64,000 nucleotides of DNA from Rhodosorus marinus CCMP1338 (lineage: Eukaryota; Plantae; Rhodophyta): contig JAMWBK010000009.1 of NCBI GenBank assembly GCA_029953675.1, positions 744,001-808,000 of the forward strand. The letters are read 5' to 3'. Both the position numbers and the translations under genes were made by a program. Positions 50,801-61,061 of this stretch are shown in pieces; position 1 is the first letter of the stretch; every line of letters starts with the position of its first letter. The notes below the pieces were generated by a model. That model made no database searches. It worked only from the letters and a program-made list of their open reading frames with translations, and was not told the DNA's origin.

Positions 50801-51300
50801 GGCAGAGCGAAACCTTCTACGAGGATACGTTTAACATTTTGCTGGAGCAGAAGGAGAATATTACTAAATTGCTAGGGGAGGAGAAGAAGAGGTTCTTCGA
50901 AAAGGAAGAGCATCTCCAGAATCGACTCCGGGAGGCTGAAGAGAGTGTCGTCCAAGCTGAGGCGAATGCTGCTGGTGAACGAGAAGCCCGTCACCTGGCA
51001 GAATCCAAGGTCAGGAAGTACGTGCGTCAGCTTGAGCACTATTCGAGCGCACTCAGCAAAGCAAAAGCGGAGAACCTAGTCCGGAGCAAAACAATCGTCA
51101 ACGCGATCTCGAGAATCCAGGACGTTCAGCAGATGTCCACGCAGAAATCAGAACTCAACCGAAGCAGAAGCTCCGCAGAACTGCAATCCGGTACCGGCAA
51201 GGAGAACATGTCTCTCCTCGCCTCCAAGCTAGAAAAGGGAGAGCGTGGAAGAACTCCCGAGCGGCCTCTCTCTTCCTTTTCAAAGAACATTGATTTTTAG
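47891..51300 (+). CDS. Large coiled-coil protein (1105 aa) with acidic N-terminus and PACT-like motif; exons 47891-49447, 49540-51300
   Basis: The two long track ORFs join through a phase-0 intron GTATGT...CATAG (49448-49539). The product has extensive E/K/Q/L heptad-like composition. Confidence 0.88.
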
Positions 51301-52332
51301 TGCACCTGGAAGATGTCTCAAAGCTGCGGGTTGAGAGATTTTCGAAATCCGTTGTTGACATTTTAGACAGGGTATATTACAAGCCAAGACCCAAAAAAAG
51401 AAGAAAAGAAAAAAGTGTTGCAACAGCAACGTCGAACCAGAGGTTTCGATCATAGTTGCCCTATCCACATTCCAGATGAGAAGCATCCGTCCAAAGCTTT
51501 TCAAGCAGTCTCTTCGGACGCTAGACCCTGCTATCTTAAAAGACGCTGCGCTTTAAATTCTGATCTCGTTGCGGGAGCTTTCTGCCAAGACTTATCGGGG
51601 CCAATCCATCCATGCTCCTACGCTTTCGACTTCGAACTGTCATCGTCGTGTGAGAGAGGGATCCTACCATGTAGAGCTCGGCGGGTCACCTTAGAAAAAC
51701 ATCAGATCAATGTACTTTAAGCCGTAGGCCTCTCCAAAGCAGCCCAGGATCAAGCTGTTGCATGCATGCACCTGAGAGCAATCTTCGGAGGAAAGCTCTC
51801 TTTGTTGTGTACTGTTTCCGCGGGGATCTTCCAAGAGACCTCCACAAGAGATTGATTAACTGATGAAAGACTTCAAAACGTGACCTCCACTGATTCTGTG
51901 CCCTTCCGGGTTTCGAACATGTACCTTGAGACAATCCACGGAAGACCGAGTAAAGCAAGAATCTCAAGTGTTTAACAGCACCGGCTATGTTCAAATTGAT
52001 GTGGTGGTGCGTGCAAGCTCGGGCATAGCAATTTGGGCAAATCCATCCATCTGAAGACCAGATAGGTTCTCTAAAAGCCACTGTCGAAGCGTAAAAAAAG
52101 TCAAGCGGCTAGGACTCTTAGACCCCCATTGTGCCAGCCAAGCTGCTTTTCAGGTTTGCGACCGAGTGTGTCTTTTTGGGATAGTTATTTTATGTTAAGC
52201 AGCGGACTGATGGAGGGGCTGGTTAAGAGGGTTTCTCGGGGGGTAACCAGCAGGTAGGCGCAGACGGTTGTCTGTCGAAGAGGATGAAAGAGGAGCTGAG
52301 GTTGTTCGGAAGGTCGTAGGGAGTAAGTAGAG

Positions 52333-55300
52333 ATGGGGAAGAATCGCGATACGCATGACCCCGAGACCGTTCTTCCGGAAGCGATTAGTGAAGAGGTCGA
52401 GAATTTCAATACGAAAAAGAGTAAGAGTAGCAATGAGAGTGAGCCGAAGCATCTCGTATCTTTTGGGACCGGGAGAAAACAAGTTCGAAAGGAAAGGCGT
52501 GAGGAGAAGAGGAAGAACAAGATGGCTGCACTGAAGGACTGGCGAGAACGACGCCAACAGAAGAAGAAGCCGCGATCCAGGAGAACGGAGGAAACGAAAG
52601 GGTCCCTCCGCGAGGAGGATGATAACGGAAGGAAGAAAAGGAAGCCAAAACAGAAGAAAAGAAAAAGAAGCAGGACTGAGGAGGAGGAGGAGGAGGAGCA
52701 ACACGGCGTGGATCCAGACAGAGCGGAGGAGGAACGGCTACAGAAGCTGCTCTTTAACTCGTCGAAGAAACAGAAAAAGGTATCAGTATCCAGCCAAATT
52801 TCTATACACTCGGGCAGATCGTATTTCTATTTTTGTTGTCTTTCAGCGGAAGCCCAAAATTGGCGTTCTTCTTAAACTGTAGTTAGAAGAATGATCCGTC
52901 TGTGAAACAGATCTACCAAGCAATGTCTTTCATCCCAAACTTGCCTAGCCAGCATTGGACAAATCGCATAGTCTTTCAGTACTTGTAGTGTGGGCCAAAG
53001 CTACAATGACCATTACTACTGTGGGACCGGGCCAAAAATGCCTCTACCAATGTTTCCTCTAGCTTGGCCCAAAAGAAGATTTCGGCGATTGTTACTGTAG
53101 GATGAGGCCAAAGATTTGACTAATGTTCCTCTTACATGGGCCAAAAGGACTATTCGGCCATCTTTACTTTCGGATTGGGCCAAAATGGGTCCCCATCTTA
53201 CCTTACCTTGGACCAAGAAATGATGTTGTGACCGTTATTACTTTACGAGCGGGCCAGTGTTTAAGTTGTTTGTTTGGCCTTTGTTAACATTTCAATGCGT
53301 GTCGCAACGGATGGTTTTTGTTTTGAGGTCGTTTGAAGCTTCCTTTTAACCGTGAAGCTGATTGCACTTTTGCGACAGGGAACCTCTTTCGACTGGGATT
53401 TGGAGTTTGGCAGCGATAACGACGAAGATGGTCTCAAGTATCTACTCGAGGGTCTGAACGTGTTGAAGAAGAGTGTTAAAAAGGCTAAGGTGGGCTTGCT
53501 AGGCTCTGTGTGGAACCGGTGCTTGGTAACAAAGCTCAGTTTTCGGACACTAAATCAAAGGTGTTTTGTGCTTCACAGAGTAAAAATGCTGTTTTGGATG
53601 TCGAAGAAAAGGAGTTCCACGAGGAGGAACCAGATGATGACCATTTCAGCGCGAGTGAAGGTACTGAGGATCCGGGTGATACTCGAGAAGGAGTGGTGTC
53701 AGAAGAGGTTGACTCGAGAGGAGAAGAAACCCCTGGTGCTCTAAACGGCTCAGAACTGGATGAGGGATCATCATCTTCAGATGGGGAGGATAGAAATCCG
53801 GGATCCATGGACAAGGTCCGGGATCACGACAACTCCAAGTCGAATACTCAAAAATATGTCCCTCCTAATCGCCGCTCGGGAGTCGACCCAGGCAACTCAA
53901 AGCAATTGCTAGGGAGGCGACTACGCAGCAGTTTCAACCGATTGACAAATGAGAATTCCCAAAAGCTTATCCAGGAGATTTCCACTTTATTGGACGCCTC
54001 ACTTGAGAAGGGACTTGCATGGAACGAGGTAGTTAACGTACTCGCTGAAGTAGTCCTGTCATCGGTAAGGGACGGGTCTGGAGTTGGCAGAATTAACCCG
54101 GTAAGTTTCCAGGCAAACAAATCACTTGTGCTTGTACGAATATAGTCCTGGAAAGAGTAGCTCCGGATCGCCTAGAGTAGGGGTTGGATTTTTGAGCGAT
54201 CGTATGTGTTGGGTTCAAGCCGCAGCCTTTTCACGGTTCGGAGGGAACCAAGAATTGGATTGGCAACCATATCCACCTGTTGAAAATCGTTTTCTGCCGC
54301 GAAAAAAAACACTGCATTACTTGGAAGAGGCGGTCCATTGAAGATGTCACATGCGCTGGCAGCTTTACCCGCACTGGTCGGTTGCTCCTCCGACAGCAAG
54401 TAGTCCAACCTAAAATTGCGCAGTACATTCTCGAAACCATGGCTCGTACCTATGACTTGAGCCAAATCCGTACCTCTCCACTCAATCAATGCTCCTTAAT
54501 ATCCACCGCGGCGCTTGGTATCGTAATTTAGTGCGAAAAAGGCGGTAGCAGTCACCCATGAGACCGGACCCTACCCGTGGCGGCTGTAAAGTGTTCGGGA
54601 ATCATGTTTGCTGATCTGAGTTTGTATTCTCCTTCGGTCAATAGTTCGTTGCTGCTCACGCGGGAGCGGTGATCTATCTGCACGTGAATTCGAACGATGC
54701 ATTTGGAGCGAAGATGGTGGTACACGCAGCAAGAGCCTGGGGACAGGCCGTAGAAGCGAAGAACAGAGCTTCGTTTGGAGTTCAAGCGTTCCTGCTGGAA
54801 TTGTTCCATGGAAGTCTGCTGCCAAGCACGTTCCTGTTCGACATGATTAAGCAGTTAAGTTTGGAATTGGATGAGCAGATAATCGAACTTCTGCTACTTT
54901 TGATTCGAAGTACTGGTCCTGCCCTTCGACATTCAGACCCCGGGGCTCTGATTGACATTGTGAACCACGTCAAGAATGCTGCAGAGCTACTTGACTTGAA
55001 TGTCCTGGAAGACCAGTCGCGGGTGCGAGTCCTTCTGGATTTGGTATACGACGTGAAGAACCACAAGACAGAGGAATCTAGATCTAGCATTCGATTCGTT
55101 CTACCTTGGATGAAGGGGATACTTCAGGAACTCTCCCCACTTCAGGTCCAGCTGAGCAATTTGTATGACGACGAGTTTGTATCGACCAGATGGTGGCGCG
55201 CGAACGAGATAAACAGACGGAATATTGAGAATCGGAAGATGAACGAAGCCGGGAAAGAAAGGGCGGGTAAAGGTGCAGCCTTGGCCAAACAGCTCGGGTT

Positions 55301-55937
55301 CAACACAGACTTTCGGCGAGAGATTTTCAGCGCAATATCAACTTCTGCAGACGTGAAGGATGCAGTGCAGAGGTTGTCAAAGCTCAAGCTCCGCAAGCAG
55401 AGGTGTGACGATTGTGCTCAAGTCATTATTCACTGCTGTGCAAGTGAGTTACAATACAACAAGTTTTACTCCCTGCTTGCAAGGAGAGTATGTAGCGAAG
55501 ATCGAGAGATGTTGTACGCCTTTCGGCATGGGTTCGGTAACGCCTTCCGGCTCATGGAAGAAGGAAGCGATGGTTTTAAGCCCACTAGCACGTACTTGAG
55601 GAACTTAAGTCAGATGCTGGGATACCTCTGGGGACTCGGAGTCTTGGATTTGGGTGTGTTGAAGAGGGCGCCCGACTTGACTAACTGTTCTGACGAGTCT
55701 GCAACTTTTTTCAAACTTGCGTTTGAGAGCGCCCTTTGTCCTGGGGGTGGGGAAAAGATTACTGACGCTTTTCAACAGCTTGCCACCGGGGAAGGCTTCA
55801 AGCACCGAGATTCCATTCGATTGCCATTGATCCTCTTCCTTCGAGCTCACTTTGAAAATTCGAAAGATGTTGCAACTGAAACGAAGCGCAAAGCACGACA
55901 CTTGATTGAGATATTAACTTCAGCGGAGGATACCTGA
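52333..55937 (+). CDS. NOM1: Nucleolar MIF4G-MA3 protein NOM1/SGD1; exons 52333-52779, 53379-53489, 53579-54100, 54645-55937 (790 aa)
   Basis: K/R-rich N-terminus; EEERLQKLL...EDGLKYLLEG; KYVPPNRR; LRSSFNRLTNEN; RINP|FVAAHAGAV; ELLLLLIRSTGPALRHSDP; RWW; NTDFRREIFSAISTSADVKDAVQRL; YNKFYSLLA. All joins are phase 0. Confidence 0.9.
52981..53280. repeat. Degenerate tandem array of ~37-bp units with GGCCAAA core and ~73-bp higher-order period, inside NOM1 intron 1
   Basis: GG(C/A)C cores at 52993, 53030, 53066, 53106, 53139, 53178, 53210, 53252 and 53276, often preceded by TTAC. Segment 53046-53114 aligns with 53119-53186. Confidence 0.75.
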
Positions 55938-56031
55938 TTTGGTTTAAAGATAAAAAATGGGAGAAGCCGCCGTTTGTGCTGCCCCTTCCGTCTATTTACA
56001 TAAGATTCTGATCAAGTGATTACGGCTCAGG

Positions 56032-59000
56032 TCAAAAGTAGTCTAGCTTGTTGAGCTCATCCAAATCCTGCTTTGCCTTGGCGATAGCGTCAAGGTGCGC
56101 AGCTGAAGTCTGGTAGCTGTTGTCAAGGGGGTCACCGCTACGAAGTAAATCGTCTACGTTCAGCTGCATTCCTTGGTAGTTTGGGTTTGCCGGTAATGAT
56201 GTCGAGGACTGCTGCTGGTAAGGCAATGGCATATTTGTGTTGAAACCCTGCGTTTCTGAGGGCATAAGCGCAGTACGAACGTCGCTTGGAGCATTGTGAG
56301 CGAATGCACCATCTCCAGCGGGCGCCTCCCGAACCTGGTTGAGGAGCTCGTCCAAGGGATCCGCCAATCCACCGCCTAGTCGACCTTGACCAAGGTTGCC
56401 CTTTGGGTTCTGCATCATCCCCTCGTTGGGCAGAAAGAAGTTTTTGGCGGCCGGGTTTTGGACCCCTTGCCTACTCCCGGTTTGGTGAAGGCTTCCACCC
56501 TGTTTCCTTTCCTTCTTCCCAGAAGTTGTCTGCAGTATTCCAAACGAGAAACGGATCAGAAACTGGTTCTCTCACTACGTTGTTATCATCCACGCAATTT
56601 GTACCTGAAAATTAGCGAGCAATTGCTGCGCTTCCGCTGATAATGCATTCGCGGACATAGTCTGCTCTGTTCGTCCGCCCTGCGGAGATGGAAGCAGGAG
56701 CTCCTTTGCACCAGTACTTTGCCGACTTTTATCCACAGTTGCTCCTTGTTTTCTAGGTTGATTCAGCGGGTACGTTCCCTTCACATTCTGCTGGATACGG
56801 CCACGAGCTTTTCGTTTCTGCCCTGGAAAATAATTGCCTCCTGGCTGCGCTCGATTCCCTTGCAGTTTGCTTGCATTCATGGGCAGCGTTTGCTGCTGCC
56901 TGCCTGCAGGGACGATCCCCTGACCCCCTTGCCCAGTCCCTTGCTCACCGGGAAGTTGAAACATCAGCGAATCAGATGTCGCTCCAACCGTCCCTGGAAC
57001 GGACCCCAAGTTCTGCTGACTTGCAAACTGCAGCTGCTGAGCGTCAGCGTTTCCGTAAGGCCTTTGAAAGGCCATTGAATCAGGTGCTATCCCCTCAGCG
57101 GTTCTATTCGGCGCAATCATTTGGTTGTTGGCAAAGTGGGGCTTCATCTGCATCGGCGATGGATTCTGAGTCTGCGTTCGCGAGGAGCCCATGCTGGCCT
57201 TCCCCGATTGGGTTGCGGATGGTAGTGGCATACTCTGCAATGGTTGCTGAGGCCTCTGCATTTGCGTATTCATAGGTTGTTTCACCAGCTTTTGCGGCTG
57301 GAGGTTTGTCATCTTCTGGATGCGCTGCACCTGGTCGGGGGATATCTGAAACCCCGGCTGTTGTCGAGTTGGATCCTGCAGAGCGGCTCCAACCGGTTGC
57401 ATGCTCTGTTTCGCTCTCCCACTCAGCTGCTGCCGAGGACCAAGCGCCTGCACTCGTCCAGACTGCTGAGCGTTCATCTGCTGCGCTGGGATCTGTCTGA
57501 GGCCACCTGTCGCTGGCATTTTGGTGTCAATTTTCTGTAGCGCAGCGGTTTGGTTCGCAGAAGCTCTATCTGCAATCCCAGGACGGCTGTTGCTCGGCGT
57601 AGACGAAAAGGTTCTCGTTCCTCCAGCCATTCCAGTCATCCCTTGCTTGCCCTTGTCTGCAGGCCATCGAACATTTCCCTGAGCAGCGTTCTGGAACTGC
57701 GGACTCCGCTTCGCTACTTGGTCGGACTGATTACGCCTCCGAGATTGTTCCGCAGCTTGTGCCACGGCGTGTTGCGCTCCAGTTGGCACGGATCCCAGGG
57801 TCGCCGCATGCTTCTCCTTGGCCGTAGGCTGGTATTACAGAGGGCGGAAGAATCTTGCTCAGTCAAACAGGCAGGGGGACGATCTTGGCGACGGGGCCGG
57901 AGATAAGTGGTGGTACGTCCTGCCATGAGGAACTCACCATAGCCCTGTAAAAGTCTAGCAGTTCCTTCAGAATTTTCGTATCGAACCCCTCAGAGGAGAG
58001 GCTTTCTAGAGTGTTGGAGAGAGACCTCGCGTCTACCCCATAAGGCGCTGTGAAGTCCAGTTCCGATAGTTCTATTCTTTCGACGACCGGCCCTAGTCCG
58101 GTACCCAAGTACCTTAGGAAAGTTGTTTTTTCGTTCAAAGAGTCACCGTTTGCGGTCATGCTGGCGGTCATAATCTGCGCGGTAGCAAGAAGATTAGAGA
58201 TAATGATTCCCTATCAATTCAAAATGAACAGCTTCCAACAGCGGTGAGACAAACGCCTGAGCGGGAGCGTACCAAATTGGAACGCCTGATAAGTTCATCT
58301 ACTTCCTTTGGGCAGGCTGGGGTTACGGCATTCGGCCTTTCCAGTTTTTTTGACGCTGCGACTTGCTGCGGTTTTCTGTCCGCACCGACTAGGTCCGTCA
58401 CGGCTCTCCGGGCGAGCGTTCCACCCGGGTTCGCGAAAAACATCAGCGACGTTGCGTAATCTTTCATTCTAATGCTCGTAATCGATGCCATAGGGCGGCA
58501 AGGATTTCCACGAGGCCGTGCTCCAAGCTCCTTCCACAGTGGATCTTGGACGTCGAACTTGGCTCTCGGAATCTGGGTCAAGTGATGCGACTCTATTAGG
58601 GTTGCAGTCGGAACTCGTTTCTCTCGTACTCTCTCCTGATAGTTGGACATGCACCTTGCTTAGCTCCACATGAGGAATTGCCTTGTCTATGGGTCGAGCG
58701 CAGATTCTACCTTTGCGACTGCGGGTGCTTCCAGTCCGGGCACTTCCTTCTTGACAAAGCCCGGCTTTCTTCCGCGCTTGACATCGTTTGAGGCCGTACT
58801 CTTCGCCTGCTTGCTTTTCCCCTCCTGAATCGAAATCGCAAAAGTTTTCTCAGCCTCAAGAGCTGGCCGAGAAAATACTTGTCCCAAATTACAAGGCTCC
58901 CGGTTGTGACCTACCCTTTGTCCTTTATCAGAATCCGATGATTCTCCCTCTCCGGTTGACGTAGGAATCTGATTCTTCGTGAAATAGTCCCGAACAGCTC

Positions 59001-59458
59001 GGAAATACTTCTCACTCTGCGTTCGCAGCTTAACCGCATTCTTAAAGAAAACTGTAGCTGGAGGGTTGAAAGTACAACAATTACTCCAGATCAGGTCAAT
59101 GTCCGCCTCAAGATTGTCCTACGCAGCGAAAGAATCGTCGCTCCAGCGCTTAAAATTTGCATACAGAAGGTCGGTTGCCAAGACAGTCTGCTGTAGGATG
59201 ACTGACCAGGCTAGAATATTTTCCACTTTCGAGCTTCTGCCTGACTGTCCCCAAATCCATTGGGGATTTAATAATCGTCAAGTAGCCAACGACCTCATTG
59301 GGATCCACTGGCTCAGCAAAGATGTTGTACACGTCCGCCCGGGAAAGTTTATCCACGATTTCATTACCTTTTCCCTTAATGGCAGAAAGGAAATCAGGAT
59401 AGACCACGTCCGACCCAGGACGAGATCCCCCTTTCCCTTTCCCTTTCCCATTCTTCAT
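56032..59458 (-). CDS. Bromodomain protein, BRD7/BRD9 (plant BRD1/2/13)-like, with Q/P-rich C-terminus; multi-exon
   Basis: DVYNIFAEPVDPNEVVGYLTIIKSPMDLGTVRQKLESGKYSSL|DNLEADIDLIWSNCCTFNPPATVFFKNAVKL is a bromodomain. DYATSLMFFANPGG resembles the YARSLARFAANLG motif of plant BRD1/2/13. Confidence 0.85.
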
Positions 59459-60621
59459 ACAAAGCAATTAAATAAAAATGAACGCAGCTGGCTGCTCAAT
59501 CGCTGTGCGCAAAGCAGATGATTTCACAGCCCAGCAGCTCAGGGTCTAACCGATTTCCAAGACGAGCTCCCTCCAAAAACACTAAATCGTCTAGTAGCAC
59601 ATCACCAGCAAACAGCACCACCCGCCATCCATCAGAAATTGCTCTCCCTACACAGCAACGAATCCAAAAATACCCCCTCAAGCCATTCCAAAATCCTCTC
59701 TAGGACCTCTCGTCTCTCTAAACCCAGCACTCTAAACTAGTTCCCCAAAATCCAAAAACACAGCGCCACTCCCGCTCCCTACCAGCAGAAACTCAAAACC
59801 CCCACAAAAACAGCATCATAGATAGATATTCGTTAACAAACTACCCCTCCCCTACCCCCACTTCTCCAACCTAAAAACAAATCCTTAGGCTCCAAACACT
59901 CCAGAAGATAGATACACCTCAATAGACTCCTATATCCATCTCCCAGAACCCTCCCAACTCCATCACACCCACACCCAAACCCTCTCCTTCCCATCCTCAC
60001 CAAAACCCTCTCCTTCACAACGTGGAATTCTAAACCCTGCACTACAACTATTCTCCCTACATATATATACGTGACCTTTACTTTAGTAGCTGCTCCCCAA
60101 AAAGAGGAGTCTTCCCCAAAACAAAGCACGGATTAGCTTGTCATGTATAGTCCGAAAATCAAAGGCCTAGTACAGGTATTAGTACGTTCAATATGGTATG
60201 AACAAACTTTTAGGTCTTATTTTGAATATAATTGTTTGTTATAGTAGCAAGAATGACAACGAATAACTAGACAAGTGTTTTAAAATAATTTCGTGAGACT
60301 GAGATCCAATTTTCTTCCTTTTTTGCTTATTGGCTGACTTTCTCTGTGTCATCATTTTCGTCTAACAACCTTTATCGGACATTTATGACAGCCCTATAAA
60401 AATCTAAAAAAGCAATATTCAGCCACAAATCCTCCATTATTTAGAACAATCAAAAGCTGTTTGGCCATAAAAAGGTCCTAAAGAGCCCAGTTTTTTTCAA
60501 TCCTCCGCGGGGGGGGGGGTGGTAACTGGTTGTAAATATGAACAGAAATTATCCTCAAAAAACATTTTAAAAACTTAAGAACGGTTCTTATTTTATCTTA
60601 GGGGTAGTATCCGGACACTTT

Positions 60622-60652
60622 TTTGGCGCGAGTGTTTCTGGCTTTTTATTGG
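60622..60652 (+). promoter_or_regulatory. Candidate E2F site (TTTGGCGC) plus inverted CCAAT box (ATTGG)
   Basis: TTTGGCGC at 60622-60629 is an exact TTTSSCGC consensus; ATTGG is at 60648-60652. Both sit at the edge of an AT-rich intergenic block. Confidence 0.3.
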
Positions 60653-61061
60653 CAAGGGAAGCCTCAGATTAGTACAAGTTAGCAACGGATCTTGGCCACC
60701 CTGAAGCCCTGTTTTCAAATCGCGGTCGCCTTGGTAATGTCAGTAGAACGGTGGAAGGTTCGCGGTGTCCTTGTCTTATGTTGTGGAGACTGCAACAGAA
60801 TTCCTGGTTTCATCGCGTGTTTACTTAGAAGTTCTGTTGGTTGGACCTGTATGGAGAGAAGAGCTTGTGCTGTTGTAATTTCTCCTTGTGTGAAGATTTT
60901 TCATGCGCACGGGCTTGTCGAGCGCTTCGCGCACGACTTTGGAATTGGATTTATACAAAGTTTGTTGCTCCTTGTGCACGGTTAGTTGTCGCGGTTCACC
61001 ATATGTGTGAGATAAAATCTAACCTAAGGCAGCCCACCACAAGCGCTGGAGAAGAAGGAGC

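Noticed and set aside
49543-51300. 585-aa ORF as a separate gene
   Set aside because: It joins the upstream ORF through a phase-0 92-nt intron, with no room for a promoter.
53016-53216. 66-aa minus ORF across the array
   Set aside because: It starts at TTG, has no motif, and is best explained as a by-product of the repeat.
52981-53280. CRISPR array interpretation of the GGCCAAA repeats
   Set aside because: The conserved core is only ~7 bp, spacers are related to each other, there are no cas genes, and the context is a eukaryotic intron.
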